Positions 17,538-26,846 of a stretch of 64,000 bases of DNA are shown piece after piece. Positions within the stretch are counted from its first letter, which is position 1. Each line of letters begins with the position of its first letter. The notes under the pieces were generated by a model. The model was given only the letters and a program-made list of their open reading frames with translations, was not told the DNA's origin and searched no databases. A program made the translations under genes and the position numbers. The stretch comes from Cyclobacteriaceae bacterium (GTDB taxonomy: Bacteria > Bacteroidota > Bacteroidia > Cytophagales > Cyclobacteriaceae): assembly GCA_965242805.1 (NCBI GenBank), contig CBDETD010000002.1, positions 413,156 through 477,155 of the forward strand. The letters run 5' to 3'.

Positions 17538-18830
17538 ATGAGAGGTAGTTTTTTTGTCTTTGTTTGTACCGCGCTAATGTTGCTTGTCGTGGATGCTTGT
17601 AGTGACAACTCTCGCCTACCTACATCAGATACAGGCCAGAATTATTACATCGACAGTGGAACGGGTGACGATAACAATAGTGGGACGAGTGAAAAATTTC
17701 CCTGGAGATCATTGGACAAAGTTTCTGCTACGACCTTTCGACCCGGTGATAATATCTATTTCAAACGTGGCAGCAGCTATCAGGGTAACGTGACGATATA
17801 CGGGGATGGAACAGAGAACGATCCAATCACTATTTCAGCATATGGTACAGGAGACGCACCTAAATTTACCAATCCCGATAGTACCGATCATAATGGTGTG
17901 GCAATGGCCATCCGAGGCGATTATCACATCGTAGAGAACCTTTATTTTCATCACTGCGCACCCGCTCCAGGCGGTCGTGTACCCTTTGAACGAGTATGGG
18001 CTATGGGAGCATTGCATGTGAGTGTAGGAAACGATCATGTAACTATCAGAAATAACGAGTTCGCGAACAATCCAAAAGCCATTCAGACCTACAGTGAGTA
18101 CAGTCTTATCACCAAAAATTATATCCATGATAGAAATCCCTTACAAGTCAATGGTTTTTTATCTGAGCCTTATTGGGGCCCCATTGGGATCCAAATAGGA
18201 ATTGGTAACCAGGAGATTTCACACAATAGAATTGAGAATATGTTCATTGGCGGTGGTGAATGGGGTGGTGATGGGGGTGCCTTCGAAATTGATGATGGCA
18301 GAAAACATAAAGACAGCATCCATTTACATCACAATATCACTTACCACAACATGGGATTTGTTGAAATCAGCTATACCGATGATTTTGAGAAGCGTTCCAC
18401 CTCAAGCATTCGAATTGATCATAATGTTAGCCGTGACTATCAGGACTTTGTTCTCTGGTGGGCACCGACTAAAAATAGTGTAATTGAAAAGAATACTATT
18501 ATCCGAACGGACAATGAATATACGGGGCCATTTGACGGGGTATTTATTATCGATGGGCGACCAGCGGATATCCTGATCCATAAAAATATTGTGGTTTGCG
18601 ATAAGGATCTGACCGAGGCGATCTTCGTCAAGAGGATTAAATGGGGTGTGCTGGATGTATCCCATACAGAAAACTTGTATTGGGATGTTGTTGATGGCAA
18701 AATCAATCTTGGACTGTTATTTGGTGTTGGAGAGATAGTGGCTGATCCGTTATTTGTAGATTGGGAGGGTGGTGATTACCATTTGCGACCTGGTAGTCCG
18801 GCAGAAGGTTGGGGCGCATTTAATGATTAG
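17538..18830 (+). CDS. Right-handed parallel beta-helix lipoprotein (lyase/hydrolase-like), paralog of the central domain of 11984..15532
   Basis: The lipobox is LLVVDACSD. The protein aligns by eye with the 1182-aa protein across several segments: FPWRSLDKV / KPWDSLDDI, YGTGDAPKFTNPD / YGSGNRPAISNPD, DHVTIRNNEF / HHITVQNSEF, ITKNYIH / ITNNYLH, GDGGAFEIDD / FDGGAIELDD, IEKNTIIR / IENNTILR, and PLFVDWEGGDYHLRPGSPA / PLFIDYESRDLRLRKGSPA. Confidence 0.65.
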   Translation: MRGSFFVFVCTALMLLVVDACSDNSRLPTSDTGQNYYIDSGTGDDNNSGTSEKFPWRSLDKVSATTFRPGDNIYFKRGSSYQGNVTIYGDGTENDPITISAYGTGDAPKFTNPDSTDHNGVAMAIRGDYHIVENLYFHHCAPAPGGRVPFERVWAMGALHVSVGNDHVTIRNNEFANNPKAIQTYSEYSLITKNYIHDRNPLQVNGFLSEPYWGPIGIQIGIGNQEISHNRIENMFIGGGEWGGDGGAFEIDDGRKHKDSIHLHHNITYHNMGFVEISYTDDFEKRSTSSIRIDHNVSRDYQDFVLWWAPTKNSVIEKNTIIRTDNEYTGPFDGVFIIDGRPADILIHKNIVVCDKDLTEAIFVKRIKWGVLDVSHTENLYWDVVDGKINLGLLFGVGEIVADPLFVDWEGGDYHLRPGSPAEGWGAFND

Positions 18831-19971
18831 TCATTTCTTCCATCTGATTCGCTCATGGCCGGTAGGTTTGCAGGAAAGTAATGTTGCACGACCAAGTCCC
18901 CAGGAGATTTTCTTCCTATAACAACTTCTTCGTTTTTTAAATGTATCGTTAAGAAATTCAATATTTCTTCGCAAAGCAATTCATGGCTCAACTGAGTGTC
19001 TCCTATTGGAGGAAAACGGGTAATATTGGGAACCAGGACTGATTCAATCATACCTATTGATAGGAGTCCGGGGTGGTTTAATTCCATAAATCTTAAAACG
19101 GTCCTGTCGGCTGTTTGGAAATACGAGCGAAATAAGTGTGTTTCCTCGGCATCGATCACTGAATATTTGTTTGCATGATTACTTTGGATCAATAGGGTAG
19201 GACAGTTCATTTCATTGGGGAAATAATATGGAGATTTACCCATTAGTACCGTGTCAGGAATACCATCAAGAGTGATTATTGCATCAGTGTCCCGGTTTTT
19301 CATCTGATAAAGAAATGAGGCCTCAGTACCTTTGGAAAATGAGATCAGTGAGAGTTTATTTCCATTGACCTTTGAATTCGATGACAAATACCCTTTTATG
19401 AATTCAATGTCTCCAAGTTGCAAATCATTCTGTAGGGCTCCACCGTCATTTTTTTGTGTATGGAGACCAATGTTCGGCATTGTGGCAACATAGAAACCAT
19501 GACTTGCTAAAAATTCACAAAGAATAAAAGCTGAGTGTGCCGGACGACCTCCTCCCTGTACGAAAATCACTAGAGGGAACTCCCCTCGAGACGGGACAGC
19601 ATTTTTCTGAGCCATTACTTCAGAAAGCAATAAGGTATTAAGGTCATTCTCCGTTGCTCCATGACGACCCATCCTTTTCAAAAAAATTTGATCATTGGCT
19701 GGAGGTCATAAGTGGAAGAAAAGTCTATTTCCCTTGCTTCTAATTCAAAATATTCTTTTGCCAAAATCCGCGAATTAAATTGTTCGGTAGGGTACCAAAG
19801 ACATAGTTGAATAGGTCGATATGATTGATTAAACTGACGTGATGAGTCCATGAGTAAATATTCCTCAAATCCCACCTGGTATTCTCCAATTGGAAGGTTT
19901 CCCCATAATGGAGATCTTGGTATTTGTAAGATTGGTGAGATTGTTATAAGTAAGCCTAAGAGAAACTTCAT
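18827..19971 (-). pseudogene. Alpha/beta hydrolase (PAF-acetylhydrolase/dienelactone-hydrolase-like) split by a 1-nt frameshift in an A7/T7 run; paralog of 38485..40071
   Basis: ORFs 19678..19971 (97 aa) and 18827..19681 (284 aa, TTG start in the track) are consecutive pieces of one protein. PLWGNLPIGEYQVGFEEYLL...IQLCLWYP and RGEFPLVIFVQGG...ILCEFLASHGFYVA match WGDLESGPYVVGFKTHFLF...MQLNLWYP and EGQFPLILFPNG...LMCEFLASYGFVVA of the 528-aa paralog. The frames join if the T7 run (A7 at 19680-19686 on plus) were T8: ..KFF-L-KRMGRH.. Confidence 0.6.
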
Positions 19972-20028
19972 ACCCCAATATAAATGGGCAATTAGTTACG
20001 GAAAGCAAAATGTCGTGATTGGCTAAAA

Positions 20029-20853
20029 TTATGTCGCCAACGACTTACTACTTAGATAATTCCGTATTATTTCCTTGTGTTTCCTGCTAGAGAAGACCCG
20101 GTGTCCGTTTTTCATAACAACTTCATACCTGGAGTTTTGGCAGGGATTGATATCCTGGATAAACTGTATGTTTATTACCGTACCTCTGTGGATACGGATG
20201 AAGTTCGAGTTGAGTGATTTCGTGATTTCATTTAAGGTAACTCGCATCACCCAGACCTTTTTACCATCATAAATTTTGACATAATGGTCAAAAGATTGCA
20301 GGAAATGAATGCCATCTATGGGAATTTGAGTACCGTGACGACCTGACTTTACGGACAAAAGAGTTGCTTTATCAGGAATATTCTTTTTTGATTTCCGAAA
20401 TGTTAGCAAAATGCCCAATATAGCCCAGTAACAAATGATCTGGATATGGAAGAAGTTCTGAAAGAGTTTCTTTGATATTCTTCCAAAGTCTATGTCAAAC
20501 CTCCATACATTGATATTGGAAACCAGGATCAAATGTGCCACTGCGAAAATCAAGGCGAACAAGACATGCAATACTGCATTTCTGAGGGTATTTTTATTAA
20601 GAGGAAAATGGTCGGAAGCTATCTGTATAAGGGGCATGAATAAGCCCATGGACAAAAAGATAAAAGAGTTGGAACTAATTTCTTTGATCCAATTAAAGGG
20701 ATTTCCTGAAATTTCATGAGCTATGAACCTTTGGAAAACGAACGCAAAAGTGGCGACTGCTAATAGGATGAGGATGGGTCCGAATAAAATCGAAGGGTAA
20801 GTTGTCCTATTTTTAAAAGAGCTGATCATCTCTAATATATACGAAATTAGCAT
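20029..20853 (-). CDS. Membrane-anchored LytTR-domain DNA-binding protein
   Basis: The N-terminal half has about 4-5 hydrophobic segments. The C-terminal LytTR domain reads IPIDGIHFLQSFDHYVKIYDGKKVWVMRVTLNEITKSLNSNFIRIHRGTVINIQFIQDI. There is no receiver or kinase domain. Confidence 0.75.
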   Translation of the reverse strand: MLISYILEMISSFKNRTTYPSILFGPILILLAVATFAFVFQRFIAHEISGNPFNWIKEISSNSFIFLSMGLFMPLIQIASDHFPLNKNTLRNAVLHVLFALIFAVAHLILVSNINVWRFDIDFGRISKKLFQNFFHIQIICYWAILGILLTFRKSKKNIPDKATLLSVKSGRHGTQIPIDGIHFLQSFDHYVKIYDGKKVWVMRVTLNEITKSLNSNFIRIHRGTVINIQFIQDINPCQNSRYEVVMKNGHRVFSSRKHKEIIRNYLSSKSLAT

Positions 20854-21150
20854 ATCTGATCTTATGTTAATTACGCCTTAGCGGTGGTAAACGCAAAATC
20901 CCTAGATTGTTACATAATGTTCGTGCATTAGGTTAAGTAAGCTTATGATTGCGTTTGTTAGTAATTCTTCTTTAAAAGATCACCTTCATTCTTCTCGGCT
21001 GATCAAAGGGTAGGATAGAAGCGGATGACAAATCTGTGCGATGGAGAATAGATGTACGGCCGATTAATTTCCGGACGCTACGTTTGTGTCTTTAGCGACT
21101 ATCATCTAATTTAAGGAATGTGTTTTATACGTTGATTTTGTACGGTTCAC

Positions 21151-21513
21151 ATGGAACAAATTGAGCATTTTGTAGAGATAATTGCCACGATCATAGGTTA
21201 TGTGGGAATGAGCTTCATCACCCTGGGTGTAATCCTTGCCATTATCCAATACGTCGTAAGCCGTTTTGACAATAAATACACAACAGATCATGTCCGCCTG
21301 ACTTTGGGCACCTACATCCTGATTGGGTTGGAATTTATGGTTGGTCAGGATATTATCGAAACAGTCCTCCATACCACCATGCATCAGCTATATATGCTGG
21401 GCCTTATCGTTGTGATTCGTACCATCCTTGATTTCTTCTTAAGCCGTGAAATGGGACATTTGAAGCAACATATCGCACAACACGAAAAGGAGTATCAAAG
21501 TCGCAAGAAGTAG
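21151..21513 (+). CDS. Small integral membrane protein, DUF1622-like
   Basis: The 120-aa ORF has hydrophobic helices and the segment RLTLGTYILIGLEFMVGQDIIETV, which I recall from DUF1622 proteins. The family assignment is from memory only. Confidence 0.55.
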   Translation: MEQIEHFVEIIATIIGYVGMSFITLGVILAIIQYVVSRFDNKYTTDHVRLTLGTYILIGLEFMVGQDIIETVLHTTMHQLYMLGLIVVIRTILDFFLSREMGHLKQHIAQHEKEYQSRKK

Positions 21514-21697
21514 CAAAGCAGCGACTGGACTGACCGTCCACTATGGTTTTGAATTTTTCTAAATCAGATTTAATAACTTGACCTTCCTGTTCTATGGAGT
21601 AATTCCTATGTCCATCGAAATCAGATGCAAGGCTAACCAACCATCACAAGTTTAACGTCCGATCACTTATCGTTTTTCTCTCTACATCCATGGCCCG

Positions 21698-21705
21698 TAC
21701 TTTTG
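21698..21705 (+). promoter_or_regulatory. Bacteroidetes-type -7 promoter box TACTTTTG (TAnnTTTG)
   Basis: This is an exact match to the TAnnTTTG consensus, 29 nt upstream of the 21734 start codon. Confidence 0.3.
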
Positions 21706-21733
21706 AAACAGGTTTAAACAAAAAATAAAAGAG

Positions 21734-22843
21734 ATGATGAAAAGAGTAATGATTAGCTGTGTCGTTTTGTACATGATCGCTACGACATACGCCGGCCTTA
21801 ATGGTCAGCCAATAGCGATACCCTACGGAAACAGCCCTTCAGCTATGGTTAGTCAGACCATTGGATTGACAGATATCACAGTGGCCTATTCGCGTCCCCG
21901 GGTTATCGACGGGGATGAAGACAAGACGGGCAAAATTTGGGGGGGACACGTTTTCTATGGCTTTCAAAAAATAAATTTTGGATACGAACAGGAGATACCC
22001 TGGAATGCCGGACAAAACAAAAACACCACCATCTCTTTCGAACATGATGTGAAAATCAACGGCAATGAATTGAAGGCAGGTACTTACGGGCTTTACATGG
22101 CTGTGTATGAGGATGGTAAGGTGACCTTGATATTTTCTAATAATGCCAATTCCTGGGAGAGTTTTTGGTATCACCCGGACAATGATGTTCTGAGGGTAGA
22201 AACGCAGATGGAAGATTCACCCTTTGTAAATAGCCTCACCTACAGCTTTGATGAAATTACAGACAACAGTTGTGAGCTGGCACTAACATGGGAAAACAAA
22301 CGAATTCCTTTCACAATTGAGGTGAATGTACATGAGATTGCCCTGGCAAGTTTCGAAGAGGATATGAAGAGCACCGCCGGATTTGGGGCAGAGGGACCCG
22401 CGGCGGCCGCTGAATATTTGCTTAGGGAGGAAATCTACCTGGACCAGGCCTTGATGTATGCACAGTGGGCCATTAACAATGGACGCACCATAGGGAATTT
22501 AATACTGAAGGCTACCATCCTTATAAAAACCGGTGAGGAAGAAGAGTCTTCTGAACTTCTCTCGGAAATTGCTGAAGAAGCTAATGCCTGGCAGCTGTAT
22601 TTTCTGTCCAGAGATCTTATCAGCTACGAAAAACAGGAAAAAGCAAGGGATCTGCTGAAAAGCACAATGAAAAAGAATGGAGAAGAAGCAGTAGTACATC
22701 TGGCCCTGGGTGAAGCTTATAAAGCTAATGACCAGCTGGACCTGGCAATGAAATCGGCACGAAAGGCCCTCGACCTGGAGCCAGATCCCTTTATAAAAAG
22801 TAACGCGGAAAATCTCGTCAAGGAATTAGAATCGATGCTTTAA
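21734..22843 (+). CDS. Secreted DUF2911-like domain protein with C-terminal TPR-like repeats
   Basis: There is a signal peptide. VSQTIGLTDITVAYSRPRV....KIWGGHVFYG....WNAGQNKNTTISFEHDVKINGNELKAGTYGLYM matches the DUF2911 pattern. The C-terminal helical repeats read LALGEAYKANDQLDLAMKSARKALDLEP. Confidence 0.6.
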   Translation: MMKRVMISCVVLYMIATTYAGLNGQPIAIPYGNSPSAMVSQTIGLTDITVAYSRPRVIDGDEDKTGKIWGGHVFYGFQKINFGYEQEIPWNAGQNKNTTISFEHDVKINGNELKAGTYGLYMAVYEDGKVTLIFSNNANSWESFWYHPDNDVLRVETQMEDSPFVNSLTYSFDEITDNSCELALTWENKRIPFTIEVNVHEIALASFEEDMKSTAGFGAEGPAAAAEYLLREEIYLDQALMYAQWAINNGRTIGNLILKATILIKTGEEEESSELLSEIAEEANAWQLYFLSRDLISYEKQEKARDLLKSTMKKNGEEAVVHLALGEAYKANDQLDLAMKSARKALDLEPDPFIKSNAENLVKELESML

Positions 22844-22991
22844 ATAAAGCAGCGTTGATGAGCTATAAACCAAATAAAGCGCACGTCCTCAAGACCTGCC
22901 TTCCGGAATTATAGCTTTCCATGGCCGTGCACAGGTACTCAACGATATCGAGGATCGCAATTAAAATTCTTTCAACAGGTTATATGAAATT

Positions 22992-23666
22992 ATGGTTAAA
23001 ATATTAATCAAACTCATTCTCTCATATGTTCTGATCCTTAACAGCTATCAGGAGGTGAAGGCCCAACCCATTGTGGGTCATGTAGAAGTACAAGGCCAGA
23101 AGTTACTTTACAGGGTCACACTACCCGATGGGTATGATCAGACGAAGGCATACCCTGTTTTATTTGCTCCGGGATTTGAAAAAACCACAGATGGAAATTC
23201 CATTTACCTGGGAAATTCTCCTTCCAAACATGGATGGATTATTGTAGAGAGTATCGTGCACATGAAAAGTGAAATATTTACGCAGGCGATCATAAATCAA
23301 ATTCGGAACAATTACAGGACAGAAAACGTCTATTTATCGGGATTTTCTGCCAATAGTGTTGATATTTTTCGACGTGCGGCAAAGTTCGTGGAACTCATAG
23401 ATGGGGTCATAGCCATGCCAGGTTATGCCAATCAGATCGACAGCAGAGTCATCGCCCGTAATCCTGATATTACGATTTTACTAATCGTTGGAGAGGAAGA
23501 CAACTATTGGAAAAATAGATCTGTAAAGGCATATCAGAGATTACAAGCATTAGGAGCAATTGTATCACTTGACATAATTCCAAAACAAGGACACATAATG
23601 GAAGATTTTGCAGGTGATCCTTTCTTTAATTTATTAGCTGAAAGGCTGGACATAATTGTTGACTGA
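22992..23666 (+). CDS. Secreted alpha/beta-hydrolase-fold esterase-like protein
   Basis: There is a signal peptide. YPVLFAPGFE is followed by a nucleophile-elbow-like VYLSGFSANS and then a late GH (PKQGHIM). The elbow is G-F-S-A-N rather than canonical GxSxG, so activity is uncertain. Confidence 0.5.
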   Translation: MVKILIKLILSYVLILNSYQEVKAQPIVGHVEVQGQKLLYRVTLPDGYDQTKAYPVLFAPGFEKTTDGNSIYLGNSPSKHGWIIVESIVHMKSEIFTQAIINQIRNNYRTENVYLSGFSANSVDIFRRAAKFVELIDGVIAMPGYANQIDSRVIARNPDITILLIVGEEDNYWKNRSVKAYQRLQALGAIVSLDIIPKQGHIMEDFAGDPFFNLLAERLDIIVD

Positions 23667-23710
23667 TATTATCAGCCGTTCTTATGGCTTATATAAAATG
23701 ATCCAGGTTT

Positions 23711-24454
23711 TTATCCGGCAGCAATTACTCCTTTGAATGATAATTTACCTTCTTTAAAGATAAGTTCAACCCCTTCCATATATTCATCTTCGGAAAAGTA
23801 AACACTAGGGTATTCAAAAGCTTCCTCAGAGGTCATCAGATCAGAATGTGCCATTGGGTCCGTGATGTAGATTGTGATAATGTTCTTGTCAATCAGTATT
23901 GCAGTTCTGGTCTTGTATACTCCATTGTCTTTGGTCAAAGTGAATTGTGCCATTCCTTTAAACCAATTAATTTCTTCAACTGATATTGCCTGAAAAGCTG
24001 ATTTTAGAATTTTGAATGATGAACTCGAAGAATTGATCTCAGGTATTACTGCATTGACTTTTGCAGTATCATTACTCAGGATAGCAGACTGTAGACCCAT
24101 TAATTCCTTAATCAGAACCTGGCGTTCCTGTTTGATTTTGGCTTCTACTTTTTTGAAAAGTTTAATGTTTTCATTTTCATTAAAGTTTAAATCTGAATTT
24201 GAGAATGGTTCATCTTCAACAGCTTTCTGCCATGGAAATTTTGAGAAATAGTCATTCAATCGTTCATTTTTGAATATGTAATTGTGGCGAGCGAAAATCT
24301 CGTTTCTTAATAACTCTATTTCAAACAGCTCATTATCCAGGATGTCTGTTTCCTTATAGGTGTTTGAGTTACAATCTGAACAGTCTTCCAGCCTCTGACC
24401 CAGGACCGTTCCTGTACTCAATGTCAATAAAAAGATTATCAATTTATTCTTCAT
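23711..24454 (-). CDS. Secreted YARHG-domain protein
   Basis: A signal peptide is followed by LLRNEIFARHNYIFKNERLNDYF, the eponymous YARHG-type motif. Confidence 0.65.
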   Translation of the reverse strand: MKNKLIIFLLTLSTGTVLGQRLEDCSDCNSNTYKETDILDNELFEIELLRNEIFARHNYIFKNERLNDYFSKFPWQKAVEDEPFSNSDLNFNENENIKLFKKVEAKIKQERQVLIKELMGLQSAILSNDTAKVNAVIPEINSSSSSFKILKSAFQAISVEEINWFKGMAQFTLTKDNGVYKTRTAILIDKNIITIYITDPMAHSDLMTSEEAFEYPSVYFSEDEYMEGVELIFKEGKLSFKGVIAAG

Positions 24455-24590
24455 GATTTTTAACGTCTAACATCATATGTAAGCTGAATGATTAAATATC
24501 TATAAAAAGAATTTATAGTGCCAGTCTTAGCAAATAGCTTAGTTATCTTATGGATGATAGTGTTTGATACAGGCTGTTAAGTCAATGAAC

Positions 24591-25694
24591 TTATTCCAAT
24601 TCAAAGCTTACGGTCAATTGTGGATTATTGATGTTGTTATTTCCATTATTCAAGTTTCCATCCAAAAGATTATCAAGGTTATTCCCTGCTACATCTTCCA
24701 GTCTACTATCAACAACAATTTGGTAAATTCCTTTCTTCCATATTTTATCAGGAATAAATTGTATCTGCTTTTCTTGCTGCAAACTTTCCCAACGTCCGGC
24801 AATACGATTTCCTCCTTCATCTTCAAGTTGAAGCATTGATTGGACCAGGGCATGATCCATGATTCTGTCAAAACAGATACTTAATGCATTAATGCTACTT
24901 AGTTGTGGTTTACATATTACCCAATCACTTACTTCTATTTGCTTACGATAGGCTTCAATAACCACAAATTCCTTCTTTATCTCTTCTTGCAACTTTTGTC
25001 CGTAAACATCTTGCCAGTTTTCTGATATGGTTAGCGAATACTTATTTCCTTCCAGCAAGGCAGGGCCCAGTTCCCTGTTGGTAGAAACGCCTCTTTTGAT
25101 CCGTCCAGGATCAAATAGCAGTGTAAGCCGCTTACCATCAGCGCTCCATAGCTCTTGTTTGAATTCCATAAAGGCTTCATGGTCAACATTCCCCTGGGCA
25201 TCCACCAGGTGTATATGTTGAAGGGCCTGATCCCTCTTCATGGGCGTATTGAAATAGATATAAAATCGTAGTATGTTTTCCGGCAATACATCAGAGGATG
25301 GGTAGATACCGACTAATTCAGCTTTATCATAGGTGTCCTTTTCTCCGACTTGAAAAGATTGATACCTATAACTGCTATCAGATTCTTTTGTCCTCGCTAC
25401 ATAGGTTAGTCCCTTTTCAAATGGGAAATAGGGGATAAAAACCAGGTAATCGTTCTCAACAGTGTATCGACCTTGTATGGCGTTTGAAGGGTATGCATCT
25501 CTTTCATTTTTAACAAAAACAGATAAGTATTCATAACCGAATTTCTCCATATTCTCATTTGGAATAGCAGAAATATTCAACTGAACTTTCCCATTGATTT
25601 CATCTGGCAAAATCAGTACAAAATTGGTTTGTGATAATATTTCCGAATTAGAAAGCATCATAAAAACCAAGATTAGATAATAGCAAATTTTCAA
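24591..25694 (-). CDS. Secreted protein with SbsA-type Ig-like domains, function unknown
   Basis: A signal peptide is followed by segments typical of bacterial Ig-like (Big_5/SbsA_Ig-type) domains (VLPENILRFYIYFNTPMKRD, ICFDRIMDHALV). The start at 25694 is 6 nt downstream of the stop of the upstream paralog gene. Confidence 0.45.
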   Translation of the reverse strand: MKICYYLILVFMMLSNSEILSQTNFVLILPDEINGKVQLNISAIPNENMEKFGYEYLSVFVKNERDAYPSNAIQGRYTVENDYLVFIPYFPFEKGLTYVARTKESDSSYRYQSFQVGEKDTYDKAELVGIYPSSDVLPENILRFYIYFNTPMKRDQALQHIHLVDAQGNVDHEAFMEFKQELWSADGKRLTLLFDPGRIKRGVSTNRELGPALLEGNKYSLTISENWQDVYGQKLQEEIKKEFVVIEAYRKQIEVSDWVICKPQLSSINALSICFDRIMDHALVQSMLQLEDEGGNRIAGRWESLQQEKQIQFIPDKIWKKGIYQIVVDSRLEDVAGNNLDNLLDGNLNNGNNNINNPQLTVSFELE

Positions 25695-25700
25695 TGCAAA

Positions 25701-26846
25701 TTAGTTTTTAGGAATATCCCGATCACCAATGATGTTGTGCATTTTGAATGGAAACATGGTGGCGACTGTTTCTAAGTCTAAACTGCCTGTTTCAGCATCT
25801 CTGTTTAAGGTGATAAACTGCCCTTCGTTCAATAAGTCAATACGAAGAGAAGCACCTGAAAACATGATGGTTTTACCGATGGGTCCATAAGGCATCAATG
25901 GATTTAAGTCCAATTTCGCACCCCTTTCAAAATCTTTATCTGTCACGACCTTTGCGTTCTGAAGGCCATTGATGGGGATCACCAACGGACTTCTGCTGTT
26001 GTTGGTGACAAATAACATCTCCTGTCCATTGGCCTGAAAAGGTACCATGTCAATGGGTTGCCCATTGCCCATGTCACCGATCGTTCTGGCTTTGACCTTT
26101 GTACTGTCCTTTATTTCATTCAAGGGGATCAGCACTAGTGGGCTGCAGGTATAAGCAGCGATCATTTGGTCTTTGCCATCTATGTTTTTGACTGCCATGG
26201 CGCGAATGGGTGCGCGAGATTCATATTGATCATGCACGATATGGAACATCTCAATATTACTTACGCTTTCAGCGCCATTAAAAGGATACGGCATTCTCCG
26301 CAATACAGAACAGAATTCTTCATTGTTGATTCCTGCCACAAACAGTTCTCCCCGGTAATATTCCATCGCCACGATCGAAAGCATGCGTAACGGACGTTTT
26401 GACTTGGCAATTTCTTTGATGGTAGGTGATGAACCTGTACCACGCAAAGCAACTCGTTTATTATGATCTGGCAAGTTTTGCAGTGTTTGAGCCGTTATTT
26501 CCAGGGAAGTAAGATCTACATTATGCAGTTGATTTTCTGCATCCACCTTCACCAAAGCAGGTAAAGCATCCGCACCATGTCCGCGCGTGACAGACAGATA
26601 TAACTCACCGCTTTTAGGATGTACAGCTAAATCATTTATCTGTACATTCCTTTGGTTTGTTCCTAAAACTGCGGCAATCTGCGTATCTATGTCGTAGACA
26701 TTAACCTCAAACTTGTCCTTCGTTCTGCTCTCTGTTGTAAAGTCAAATGCAAATACAGCTCCTGAGATATTATCACCAACAAACAGTACGCCTTCATCAC
26801 TAAATGCTAATACACCAAGAGATTTTATTTGATTTACAATTGTCAT
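25701..26846 (-). CDS. Conserved hypothetical protein, paralog B of a tandem pair (no signal peptide); beta-rich, possibly propeller-like
   Basis: The 381-aa protein aligns along its full length with 26846..28078. Long identical runs include SNIEMFHIVHDQYESRAPIR, AAYTCSPLVLIPL, GDMGNGQP, NAKVVTDKDFERG and INDLAVHP. Its Met aligns with the start of the mature part of paralog A. Confidence 0.7.
   Translation of the reverse strand: MTIVNQIKSLGVLAFSDEGVLFVGDNISGAVFAFDFTTESRTKDKFEVNVYDIDTQIAAVLGTNQRNVQINDLAVHPKSGELYLSVTRGHGADALPALVKVDAENQLHNVDLTSLEITAQTLQNLPDHNKRVALRGTGSSPTIKEIAKSKRPLRMLSIVAMEYYRGELFVAGINNEEFCSVLRRMPYPFNGAESVSNIEMFHIVHDQYESRAPIRAMAVKNIDGKDQMIAAYTCSPLVLIPLNEIKDSTKVKARTIGDMGNGQPIDMVPFQANGQEMLFVTNNSRSPLVIPINGLQNAKVVTDKDFERGAKLDLNPLMPYGPIGKTIMFSGASLRIDLLNEGQFITLNRDAETGSLDLETVATMFPFKMHNIIGDRDIPKN

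Noticed and set aside
18827-19971. Treating 18827..19681 and 19678..19971 as two independent genes, or as a programmed frameshift
   Set aside because: The downstream piece needs a TTG start inside the homopolymer. The two pieces are collinear with one intact paralog. I see no slippery heptamer plus downstream structure typical of programmed frameshifting. A simple indel or read error is more parsimonious.
21404-21640. 78-aa minus-strand ORF partly in the 21514-21733 intergenic gap
   Set aside because: Half of it overlaps the 3' end of the DUF1622-like gene on the other strand, and it has no recognisable features. It might be a gene remnant but is not supportable.
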